Source of the DNA: Thermodesulfobacteriota bacterium | GTDB taxonomy: Bacteria; Desulfobacterota_D; UBA1144; Nemesobacterales; UBA2774 | DNA: 36,542 nt | Reading direction: 5' to 3' | NCBI GenBank assembly: GCA_035455615.1 | Contig: DATIET010000249.1 | Location: 1-36,542, forward strand | In this document: positions 25,822 through 34,446 of the stretch, in pieces | Layout: each line of letters starts with the position of its first letter | Position numbering within the stretch: position 1 is the stretch's first letter | Made by a program: the position numbers and the translations under genes | The notes under the pieces: model-generated | What the model was told of the DNA's origin: nothing | Databases searched by the model: none | Seen by the model: only the letters and a program-made list of their open reading frames with translations

Positions 25822-25891
25822 CCGTCCCGAGCCGCTTGATAATCCCCGATTGATGCATATATACGGGGGTATCCATCTCGATCCGGGACGG
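25822..25891 (+). promoter_or_regulatory. two-tier stem-loop in the 5' leader, abutting the SD of the DHS-like gene
   Basis: The outer 8-bp helix CCGTCCCG (25822-25829) / CGGGACGG (25884-25891) encloses a 10-bp helix, 25838-25848 / 25864-25873, with one bulge and one G-U. The SD AAGGAG starts 3 nt after the outer helix. Confidence 0.45.
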
Positions 25892-25908
25892 TAAAGGAGA
25901 AACAGCAA

Positions 25909-26937
25909 ATGGCAAAGACAAAAACCACAAAAAAAGAGCTGCTGAAACAGCCGATCAAGCACGTCGATATAAAGAAGATCGACGGCAGGCAGATCATCGA
26001 CGCCTACCGAGGCATGTCATTCTCTTCGAGGGACACGGCGAGGGCGGCTGACATATTCAACATGAACCTCGCCGACAAGAACGCCTCCGTGTGGCTGACG
26101 CTCGCGGGCTCAACCTCAGCCGGGGGCTGCATGCAGGTGTACGTGGACATGGTGAAGCACAACATGGTGGACGTCATCGTGGCGACAGGGGCTTCAATCG
26201 TGGATATGGACTTTTTCGAGGCCCTCGGATACAAGCACTACGCGGGCACACCTCACATCGACGACGGCATGCTCAGGTCCCTCTACATCGACCGCATCTA
26301 CGATACGTTCATAGACGAAGAAGACCTCCAGGCGTGCGACAGGACCGTAGCCAAGATAGCGGACACGCTCGAGAGGAGGCCCTATTCGTCCCGGGAATTT
26401 ATATGGGAGATGGGGAAATGGCTGACCAGGCACGCGAAGAAGAAAGATTCCCTCGTACAGGCGGCGTTTGAGCACAACGTGCCTATATTCTGCCCGGCGT
26501 TTACGGACTCTTCGGCAGGGTTTGGCATGGTGTTCCATCAATGGAACAACCCCGATTCGCACGTGTCGATAGACAGCGCCAAGGATTTCCTCGAGCTCAC
26601 GAAGATAAAGATCTCGTCCAGGGAGAGCGGCCTCTTCATGGTCGGCGGAGGCGTGCCCAAGAACTTCGCCCAGGACACCGTCGTCGCGGCTGAGGTGCTC
26701 GGCTTCGACGTGCCGGTGCATAAATACGCCGTACAGATCACGGTCGCAGACGTGAGGGACGGCGCGTGCAGCTCTTCCACGCTAAAGGAAGCCTCATCGT
26801 GGGGCAAGGTCAGCACCGTCTATGAGCAGATGGTCTACGCGGAAGCTACGACGGTAGTCCCGTTAATAGTAGCCAACGCCTACCAGACCGGGAAATGGAA
26901 GCAGAGGAAACCCAGAAGCTTCGCCAAAATGTTCTGA
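25909..26937 (+). CDS. deoxyhypusine synthase-like protein (possible homospermidine synthase)
   Basis: 342 aa. DHS-family blocks LTLAGSTSAGG, DVIVATGASIVDMDF and GGGVPKNF, plus the lysine-bearing KEASSWGKVS near the C-terminus. Confidence 0.88.
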   Translation: MAKTKTTKKELLKQPIKHVDIKKIDGRQIIDAYRGMSFSSRDTARAADIFNMNLADKNASVWLTLAGSTSAGGCMQVYVDMVKHNMVDVIVATGASIVDMDFFEALGYKHYAGTPHIDDGMLRSLYIDRIYDTFIDEEDLQACDRTVAKIADTLERRPYSSREFIWEMGKWLTRHAKKKDSLVQAAFEHNVPIFCPAFTDSSAGFGMVFHQWNNPDSHVSIDSAKDFLELTKIKISSRESGLFMVGGGVPKNFAQDTVVAAEVLGFDVPVHKYAVQITVADVRDGACSSSTLKEASSWGKVSTVYEQMVYAEATTVVPLIVANAYQTGKWKQRKPRSFAKMF

Positions 26938-26977
26938 TTTCGGTGTGCGTTTGTCGGGAACTGCCCGCGCCCGTGTC

Positions 26978-27712
26978 CTAAAGCCAGGGAGCGGCGGCCT
27001 TATCTACATACCATTCGAGGACACCGTCAGCAGGGTGAACCATGGACGCCGGATAAGGCAGGGGTCGTGATCCCTTGTTCAATATCTCTTTCAGAACGGT
27101 CTCTTTTTCACTGCCTGCGACCAGGAACGAGACCCTGTCGGCGTTGTCTATAACAGGGAACGTGATGCTCACCCTCTTCTGCCCCGTCTGGGGATGCGTG
27201 GCGACGACGCAAATCTTCTCCTTCTCTTTCAATGTCGGGGCTCCGGGGAATAAGGAAGCCGTGTGCCCGTCCTCACCCATTCCGAGGAGAATCCAGTCAA
27301 AACGCGGGAAGCCGCTCCCGCCTGCGGGGACATTGTCTTTTATCTCCTTCGCGTATCGTACCGCCTCTTCATCGGGAGGGTTCTCACCCAATACGCGGCG
27401 GATATTGGCTTCGGGAATATTTACATGGGATAGGAGCGAGAGTTTCGTCATCTTGAAATTGCTCTCGTCGTTGTCAGGCGGGACGCATCGTTCGTCGCCC
27501 CAGAAAAAAACTACCTTGTCCCAGGGCAGGCCGTCACGATAGGGGGGCGAAGCGAGAACCTCGAAAAAGGCCTTCGGTGTGTGCCCTCCCGAAAGCGCAA
27601 CGATCAGGGACTCACCCGATGCCGCCTTCTCTGCGAGGGCTTTTCTGAAATCCGCGGCAAGGCGGTTCGCCAGTGCTGTAATATCGTCGAAGAGGTATAT
27701 TTCCTTTTTCAT
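26978..27712 (-). CDS. pgl: 6-phosphogluconolactonase
   Basis: LSGGHTPKAFFEVL, FFWGDERCVP and LGMGEDGHTASLFP motifs. AGGAGA lies 4 nt before the ATG. Confidence 0.9.
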   Translation of the reverse strand: MKKEIYLFDDITALANRLAADFRKALAEKAASGESLIVALSGGHTPKAFFEVLASPPYRDGLPWDKVVFFWGDERCVPPDNDESNFKMTKLSLLSHVNIPEANIRRVLGENPPDEEAVRYAKEIKDNVPAGGSGFPRFDWILLGMGEDGHTASLFPGAPTLKEKEKICVVATHPQTGQKRVSITFPVIDNADRVSFLVAGSEKETVLKEILNKGSRPLPYPASMVHPADGVLEWYVDKAAAPWL

Positions 27713-27755
27713 CTCGTCTCCTGCGTTTCGTGGGCCGAGAAATACCCGGCACTAC

Positions 27756-29294
27756 TTATTTAAGCTCGTAAAAATCCCCGTCAGTCGTCAGATGATCGGT
27801 CGGATACCTCCAGTCCTCCTCGGGGGAGTCGAATATGTGTCTGGCTTCCGGGGGTCCCCATGTGCCGACAGGGTATCCGTAAAGCTTGACCTCGGGGTCG
27901 TCCTCCCACGCCTTGAGGATAGGGTCGACGAACTTCCAGCAGGCCTCCACAGCGTCGGCGCGGGCGTAATGAGTGGCGTCGCCGGTGATGCAGTCGAGTA
28001 TCAGGCGCTCGTAGGCCTCCGGAATGTAGGCGTCCGCGAGCTCGGAATAGTGGAAGTCCATTCCGACCTCCTCGATATCGAACCCGGCGCCCGGCTTCTT
28101 CATCCCGAACCTGAGGAGTATCCCCTCGTCGGGCTGTATGCGTATGATGAGCTGGTTCGGTTTTGCGGAGCACAGCTCCTCCTGCGTGAAGAGGTGATGC
28201 GGGGTCTTCTTGAATTCGATCACGACCTCGCTCACGCGGGCGGGGAGGCATTTTCCGGTGCGGAGGTAAAAGGGCACGCCGCCCCACCTCCAGTTGTCTA
28301 TATACAGTTTAAGCGCAACGAAGGTCTCGGTCATCGAATCGTGAGCGACGTCCTTCTCCTGCCTGTATCCGATCACCTTTTTGCCGTTGATCACGGAATC
28401 CGTGTACTGACCCCTTACGGCGAACTTGTCCACATCGGCTGGCTTTATGGGTCTCAGCGACTGGAATATCTTGATGGATTCGTTACGGACGTCTATCGCG
28501 TCGAAGAAGGACGGAGGCTCTATGGTAACCGTGCCGAGGACTTGAAGCAGGTGATTCTGGATCATGTCCCTGAGCGCGCCGTAGTGGTCGTAGTAACCGC
28601 CCCGCTCCTCGACTCCGATAGTTTCGGCGGCCGTAATCTCGACGCGGCTCACGTAATTCCTGTTCCAGAGCGGCTCGAAGATGCCGTTCGAGAACCTGAG
28701 CGCGAAGATGTCCTGCACCGTCTCCTTGCCCAAATAATGGTCTATCCTGTAAATCTGGTCTTCTTTAAATATCCTCTGGAGGTCGTGGTTTAATTCCTGA
28801 GCGGACTCGAGGTCCCTGCCGAACGGCTTCTCTATGATGATGCGTCTCCAGGAGGAGTCCTTCCCCTCCTTCGCTAACCCTTTCTTGCCGAGATTCTTTG
28901 CGATAGCGGTGTAGAGGCTGGGCGAAGTGGACAGGTAGAAAATATAGTTGCCGCCTGTTTTCTCGGCACTGTCGACCGTGGAAAGCTTATCCTTGAGGTC
29001 GTCGTAGTGGCTAACGTCAGTCGCGTCCATGGCGAGGTAGTAAACGTGCTTCGAGAACGGCTCCAGCTGTTTCTGTTCTGATTTTTTGATGCCCGCATAC
29101 GTTACCACGTCTTCGATAATCTTCTTCCTGTACGCGTCGTCCGTGAACGGCGAACGGCTCGTGCCCAGTATTGCGAAATTCTTGGGAAGGAGACCCTGTC
29201 TGAATAACGCATAGAGCGCTGGCATGAGCTTCCGTTTGGTCAAATCACCGGATGCCCCGAATATCGCGATTATACAGCCGTTGTCCTGTGCCAT
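27756..29294 (-). CDS. zwf: glucose-6-phosphate 1-dehydrogenase
   Basis: FGASGDLTKRKL dinucleotide motif, the RIDHYLGKE active-site signature, and IIEKPFG. Confidence 0.95.
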   Translation of the reverse strand: MAQDNGCIIAIFGASGDLTKRKLMPALYALFRQGLLPKNFAILGTSRSPFTDDAYRKKIIEDVVTYAGIKKSEQKQLEPFSKHVYYLAMDATDVSHYDDLKDKLSTVDSAEKTGGNYIFYLSTSPSLYTAIAKNLGKKGLAKEGKDSSWRRIIIEKPFGRDLESAQELNHDLQRIFKEDQIYRIDHYLGKETVQDIFALRFSNGIFEPLWNRNYVSRVEITAAETIGVEERGGYYDHYGALRDMIQNHLLQVLGTVTIEPPSFFDAIDVRNESIKIFQSLRPIKPADVDKFAVRGQYTDSVINGKKVIGYRQEKDVAHDSMTETFVALKLYIDNWRWGGVPFYLRTGKCLPARVSEVVIEFKKTPHHLFTQEELCSAKPNQLIIRIQPDEGILLRFGMKKPGAGFDIEEVGMDFHYSELADAYIPEAYERLILDCITGDATHYARADAVEACWKFVDPILKAWEDDPEVKLYGYPVGTWGPPEARHIFDSPEEDWRYPTDHLTTDGDFYELK

Positions 29295-29373
29295 ATTGTT
29301 TACCCCTCGATCTTATTTGTATTTGTCGTTCTTTATATATATTCCAACGCTCGAATCGTACCCCCTGCGTGTC

Positions 29374-30030
29374 TTACCGTACACTGTCGAGGAGGGCTTT
29401 TACGTTATCCCGCACGCTGGCTTTATCGTTGTATACGCTCGAGCCGGCTACGAGCACCGTCGCCCCCGCCCGCACCACTTCCGGGGCCGTCTCGGTGTCT
29501 ATACCGCCGTCGAGCCCGATCGGGACATCGAGTCCCTTCCGGTCGAGCATCTCTTTTATTGCGCGTATCTTGCCCAACTGGCTCCATATGAATTTCTGTC
29601 CGCCGAAGCCGGGATTGACGCCCATTACCTGGACGAAGTCGGCAAGCTCGAGCACCTCCCCGATCGCGGATGGAGGGGTTCCGGGATTGAGTGTAACGCC
29701 CGACTGTATGCCGAGCTCCCTTATAGACTCGAGCACGCGGTGGAGGTGGTAACAGACCTCCTGATGGACGATGATGCGGTCAGCCCCCGATTCGGCGAAT
29801 AACTTTATATACTTCTCGGGCTCGACGATCATGAGGTGGACGTCGAGCTTCAATTTCGTAAGCGACCTGATAGCCGCCACCACACCAGGTCCGAAGATTA
29901 TGTTAGGGACGAAGCGCCCGTCCATCACGTCTATCTGTATCCAGGTCGCGCCCGCTCCCTCGGCCTCTCTCACGGCCTCGCCGAGCTTCGTAAAATCTGC
30001 TGATAAGATTGAAGGTTCGATTATCGTCAT
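29374..30030 (-). CDS. rpe: ribulose-phosphate 3-epimerase
   Basis: PSILSADF, IQIDVMDGRFVPN, HLMIV and MGVNPGFGGQKF blocks. Confidence 0.95.
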   Translation of the reverse strand: MTIIEPSILSADFTKLGEAVREAEGAGATWIQIDVMDGRFVPNIIFGPGVVAAIRSLTKLKLDVHLMIVEPEKYIKLFAESGADRIIVHQEVCYHLHRVLESIRELGIQSGVTLNPGTPPSAIGEVLELADFVQVMGVNPGFGGQKFIWSQLGKIRAIKEMLDRKGLDVPIGLDGGIDTETAPEVVRAGATVLVAGSSVYNDKASVRDNVKALLDSVR

Positions 30031-30061
30031 GATATTCGTGTATATCGGTACCGACCGATCG

Positions 30062-30787
30062 TTATGAGTCCTTACGCTTCTGGTAACGTATGCCGTGCGA
30101 AGTCGCGACTATTACCTCGCTTGCCGTGCCGATGAAAAGACCGTATCCCGCTATCCCCGCCTTCTGCCCTAACTTTACAGCCAATTCGCCGAGGTCGGGG
30201 ATGGGGCCGAACCTGCAGTCAATTATATAGTTACTCTGATCGGTGGCGTACGGGGCTCCGTCCTCATTCATACGCAGTACGGGCTCGCCCCCGAGGGATC
30301 TGAGGAAATTCGCAACCGGCTTCCATGCGAAGGGTATTACTTCGACCGGGACCGGGCAGTGCGTGCCGAGCATAGGCGATAGCTTGCTCTCGTCGACTAT
30401 CATGACGTTCCGCCTGCTCGACTGGGCGAGGACCTTCTCCCTCAGGAGCGCTCCCCCGCCGCCCTTTATGAGATTGAGGTCGGGATCGACCTCGTCTGCG
30501 CCGTCTATGGTAAGGTCTATCTCCTGTTTGTCGTCAAAAGAAATCACCGGTATGCCGAGCTCTCTCGCCGTTCTTTCCGTCTCTAGCGAGCTGGGTATGC
30601 CCGCGATGTCGCTGAGCCTCCCGTCCTTAAGTCTCCGGGCTATCTCTTCGAGCGCGTATTTGGCCGTGCTCCCCGTACCGAGACCGAGCACCATCCCCGG
30701 ACGCACAAGGTCTACCGCGCTTATTCCGGCTTCCTTCTTCAGCCTGTCCTGAAGCTTCTTCTGATCCGGGGACGGAGAACCGCTCAA
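30062..30787 (-). CDS. rpiA: ribose-5-phosphate isomerase A
   Basis: VLGLGTGSTAKYALEEI, IDGADEVD and LIKGGGGALLREK blocks. TTG start at 30787 with AAGGAGA 8 nt upstream; it overlaps the HAD gene's stop. Confidence 0.9.
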   Translation of the reverse strand: MSGSPSPDQKKLQDRLKKEAGISAVDLVRPGMVLGLGTGSTAKYALEEIARRLKDGRLSDIAGIPSSLETERTARELGIPVISFDDKQEIDLTIDGADEVDPDLNLIKGGGGALLREKVLAQSSRRNVMIVDESKLSPMLGTHCPVPVEVIPFAWKPVANFLRSLGGEPVLRMNEDGAPYATDQSNYIIDCRFGPIPDLGELAVKLGQKAGIAGYGLFIGTASEVIVATSHGIRYQKRKDS

Positions 30788-31539
30788 CCTGTTTTCTCCT
30801 TCTCGGAATTAAGCTCGCTTATAAAACCCTTCGCGGTCTCAAGAAGCACGGGAGGGGTATCGATCACGCGCAGGTTCCTTGCCGGGGGGATTTTATGGAC
30901 CCCTTCCCTCGTAAAATCGGTCGTCACCGCTATACAATTCATGCTCGCGGCGAGAGCGGCCTCGACGCCAGACGCAGAATCCTCGATGACGAGGCATTCG
31001 GTATGAGTCACCTTGAGCTCACCGGCCAGAAGGTTATATATCTCGGGATCGGGCTTCCCGTGCTCGACGTCCTGTATCGTCGCTATGAAATCGAACTCGG
31101 ACCTGATACCCAGCACGTCGAGGACACGGTCGGCCTCCTTTCTGTGGGACATAGTCCCGAGTCCGGTCGGATAGCCCTCACCCCGCGCCCATTTAAGGAG
31201 CCCCAGATTATACGGACACAGATGAGATTTTAGTATTTTGGGGTCGGATATCATCTTAAAATACGTGTCGAGCCTGATGTCCACGTAGGCCTGCCAGGGG
31301 GTGTGGACATGGAATTCCTTCATCCTCGCCCGTGCCGCGTTTTCGAGATTAAACCTCTTGAGCAGCCCTTCCGCGACCTCTTTACGCGACAGCCCCACAA
31401 AGTCCTTGAAACCGTCTATGACCTCGTCTTCGGTAAGCGAATTATCGAGCTCGACCGCGGCCCTGGCGTAAGACTCCGCCTTCAGTACCTCGGTCTGCAC
31501 GAGTGTGCCGTCGAGATCGAATATAAGCGCTTTAATCAC
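30784..31539 (-). CDS. HAD-IA family sugar-phosphate phosphatase / beta-phosphoglucomutase-like hydrolase
   Basis: HAD motifs I FDLDGTLVQTE, III HGKPDPEIY and IV IEDSASGVEAA. The start is either GTG 31539 (GGAAGGGA upstream) or TTG 31554, which overlaps the tal-pgi stop. Confidence 0.8.
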   Translation of the reverse strand: MIKALIFDLDGTLVQTEVLKAESYARAAVELDNSLTEDEVIDGFKDFVGLSRKEVAEGLLKRFNLENAARARMKEFHVHTPWQAYVDIRLDTYFKMISDPKILKSHLCPYNLGLLKWARGEGYPTGLGTMSHRKEADRVLDVLGIRSEFDFIATIQDVEHGKPDPEIYNLLAGELKVTHTECLVIEDSASGVEAALAASMNCIAVTTDFTREGVHKIPPARNLRVIDTPPVLLETAKGFISELNSEKEKTG

Positions 31540-31550
31540 TGTCCCTTCCG

Positions 31551-34376
31551 TCAAAGTATTTTCGCCAGCCTGTTAATACCGCGTACAACGTTTTCACCCA
31601 GATGGAACGTAATGACCTTGCGCTTCCGGTCTAGCAGCGCCTGGCGGTCGCCGAGCGCCTCGGCGTCTTTAAATACGCCGAAGGTTATGGACGAGGCCTT
31701 CTTGCCCGGCTCGTCCGGGATCGGTATATCGACGGGCATATCGGACGTGAACTGAATGAAGAGACCGTGCCCCGCGTCTCCCTTATGGAGCTGCCCTGTT
31801 GAATGGAGGAACCTCGGACCGAACCCTACGGTCGTGGCCAGTCGGTACTGCCTCTCCACCTTGGTCCGGAGCTTCTGGAGAGCGTTATACGTCTCGTCCG
31901 ATGGCTTGACAAAGGCCTGGAACGCGACGTAGCTCCTTCCCTTCGATTCGTCCCTGCCTGGTTTGGCGAAGGAGAGGAACTTCGTAAGCGCCTGCTCGAG
32001 GCTCCCGGCTTTAAAATCGGAATAGACCGTTATTTCCGACTCTCTGAGGGTCGGCTTTACGACCGGCAGCTTACCTTTTTTCTGGTACTCGGCTATCATC
32101 TTGCGCGCGAGCACCTTGGCAGCCTCCACGTTCGGCTGGTTGAAGGGGTGAATGCCGATTATCATGCCGGCGACGGCGATAGCCATCTCCCACCTGAAGA
32201 ACTCGCCCCCCAGGTCGTAGATATCCCTGAGATTGATACGCACCACCGGATAGTCCGCTTTCTCAAGGGCATTCACCTGCCTGTCGTACGTGTCGTCATT
32301 TAAGAGGCGGAGGTAAACGAAGAGCCTGTCGTTCGCATAGAATTCCGGCTGCGCCAGAGGCTCCCTGTCGACGGGGAGGATGCCCTTCCCGTCCTTACCG
32401 GTGCTCTCGGCTATCAGCTGCTCGACCCAGGAGCCGAAGCCTGCTATCGGCGGGGAAGCGACGAGTGTGACTTTATCGCGCCCTGCCCTGGCAAGCTCCC
32501 CGAGTATCGCCCCCAGCCAGGCGCCCGAATTGTCCCCGTCAACGGCGCAGTTGCAGCTTTCGCAGTTGTGGAGCATGGTGACGGCGCGGGCGAGCAGCGT
32601 GTCGAGGTCAACACCCTGGAAAGCTGCGGGTGGTATCCCTACGAACGAGAGGGCGGAGTATCGTCCGCCGATATTGGGATCGTTTAAGAACGTTTTTCTG
32701 AATTTAAGCCCCGCTGCGATCTTCTGGAGACCGCTCCCGGGGTCCGTAATGGCAATGAAGTGCCGTCCCGCATCTTTCTTGCCGACTTCCTTCAAAACCT
32801 CGTTGTAGAAGTATTTCATGAACGACATGGTCTCCGCCGTGCCCCCCGATTTGGTGGAGACGATGAAGAGCGTCTTCGACATATCGAGGCGGTCCCTCTG
32901 TTCGAGCACGGCCCCGGGGTCCGTGCTGTCGAGCACCGCCACGTCGAGATAGCCCTTTTTGACGCCGAAGGTCTCGCGTATAACCAGAGGGGCGAGACTC
33001 GAACCGCCCATTCCCATGAGAAGCACGTTCTTATAACCGTCGGCCTTTACATCGGCGACCACTTTTTTTATACCCGGAAGGGCGTCAACCATTACTTCCG
33101 GTATGTGGAGCCATCCGAGACGGTTGCTTATCTCGGTCGGGTCGTCTTCCCAGACCATGTAATCGAAGTTCCAGATCTTTTGTATGATATTGTTGTCACG
33201 CATGTTCTCAAGCGCCTTGTCGACCGCGGCCTGGTACTTTCCGAGTGAGGCGGAATAGGGCTTTTTCTGGGACTGTATCTGCACCTTCTTTTGCTCTATG
33301 CTCGCCATGAGTGTCCTGAAGGAATCGGCGAACTGGTCTACCCCGTCCCTGAGCAGCTTGTTCGTCACCGACTTTAAATTTATGCCGAGCTTCCCAAGCT
33401 TTTCTACGTCCTGTCTCGCCTGATTTACGCCCCTCGTGATCGTGAGAGCGACCTTCCCGTGATCCCTGAAGTTCTTGTATGTGGCAGGCGGTACCGTGTT
33501 TACGGTATCCGGCCCTATGAGCTCGTCGACGTAGAGCGTATCGGGATAAGCCGGGTTTTTCGTGCTGGTGCTCGCCCAGAGGCATCTCTGCACCCTAGCC
33601 CCCGCGTCCGAGAGCTTCTTCCAGCGCTTGCCTTTGAATATCCTCCTGAATTCGTCGTACGCGAGCTTCGCGTTCGCAATCGCGATCTTCCCCTGAAGCG
33701 CGGTGTTACCGATCTTCTCGAGCTCGGGGTCGATGGCGGTATCCACACGGCTTACGAAAAATGAAGCTACGGAGGCCACCCTGTCCACCCGGTGTCCCTT
33801 GAATACGGAGGGGCCTTCGGCTGCAAGTTTTTCGAGACCCTTTATATACGCCTCGGCCACGGCTTTATACTGATCGAGGCTGAACATCAGTGTTACGTTC
33901 ACGTTGATACCGGCCCCAATGAGCTCAGTGATGGCAGGGATGCCGGCTTTGGTCGCGGGGACCTTGATCATGACGTTCGGGCGCCCTAGAGTGACGAAAT
34001 ACCTCCTGGCTTCCCTGATAGTGCCGTTCGTATCGTTAGCCAGGGTCGGGCTCACCTCGAGACTTATGAACCCGTCGCCGCCGTTCGTTTTATCGTAGAG
34101 CGGCCTGAAAAGGTCGGCGGCCATCGCGATGTCCTTCAAGGCGAGCGCCTCGTATATCTCGTCTGCGGATTTATTCTGCTCCACCAGGGACTTCAACTCT
34201 TCATCGTAATCGGAGCTCCCGGCTATGGCTTTTTCGAGTATCGAGGGGTTCGAGGTTTCGCCCCTCAGTCCTTCGTCTATGAGGGCATTGAGCTCCCCCG
34301 AGGTCAAGAAGGACCTCCTTATATAATCGTACCAGATCGACTGGCCGAGCTTGGATAAATCCGTTATTCTGGACAT
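31551..34376 (-). CDS. bifunctional transaldolase / glucose-6-phosphate isomerase fusion
   Basis: 941 aa. The N-terminal ~360 aa look like transaldolase (SIWYDYIRR, GETSNPSILEKAI, VMIKVPAT). The C-terminal ~570 aa look like PGI (MGMGGSSLAP, STKSGGTAET, IGGRYSALS). Confidence 0.9.
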   Translation of the reverse strand: MSRITDLSKLGQSIWYDYIRRSFLTSGELNALIDEGLRGETSNPSILEKAIAGSSDYDEELKSLVEQNKSADEIYEALALKDIAMAADLFRPLYDKTNGGDGFISLEVSPTLANDTNGTIREARRYFVTLGRPNVMIKVPATKAGIPAITELIGAGINVNVTLMFSLDQYKAVAEAYIKGLEKLAAEGPSVFKGHRVDRVASVASFFVSRVDTAIDPELEKIGNTALQGKIAIANAKLAYDEFRRIFKGKRWKKLSDAGARVQRCLWASTSTKNPAYPDTLYVDELIGPDTVNTVPPATYKNFRDHGKVALTITRGVNQARQDVEKLGKLGINLKSVTNKLLRDGVDQFADSFRTLMASIEQKKVQIQSQKKPYSASLGKYQAAVDKALENMRDNNIIQKIWNFDYMVWEDDPTEISNRLGWLHIPEVMVDALPGIKKVVADVKADGYKNVLLMGMGGSSLAPLVIRETFGVKKGYLDVAVLDSTDPGAVLEQRDRLDMSKTLFIVSTKSGGTAETMSFMKYFYNEVLKEVGKKDAGRHFIAITDPGSGLQKIAAGLKFRKTFLNDPNIGGRYSALSFVGIPPAAFQGVDLDTLLARAVTMLHNCESCNCAVDGDNSGAWLGAILGELARAGRDKVTLVASPPIAGFGSWVEQLIAESTGKDGKGILPVDREPLAQPEFYANDRLFVYLRLLNDDTYDRQVNALEKADYPVVRINLRDIYDLGGEFFRWEMAIAVAGMIIGIHPFNQPNVEAAKVLARKMIAEYQKKGKLPVVKPTLRESEITVYSDFKAGSLEQALTKFLSFAKPGRDESKGRSYVAFQAFVKPSDETYNALQKLRTKVERQYRLATTVGFGPRFLHSTGQLHKGDAGHGLFIQFTSDMPVDIPIPDEPGKKASSITFGVFKDAEALGDRQALLDRKRKVITFHLGENVVRGINRLAKIL

Positions 34377-34446
34377 TGTCTATCTCCCGTTCATCGTGTT
34401 ATTCGTTCCATAAAAACGGAGCGTGACAGCGAACCTTAAATCTACA

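Noticed and set aside
27579-28793. A 404-aa ORF on the plus strand, entirely antisense to zwf.
   Set aside because: The minus strand encodes an unmistakable G6PDH with its signature motifs. The antisense product is low-complexity, Arg/Val/Leu/Gly-rich, and has no recognisable motif. Long antisense ORFs are expected when the sense gene avoids TTA/CTA/TCA codons.
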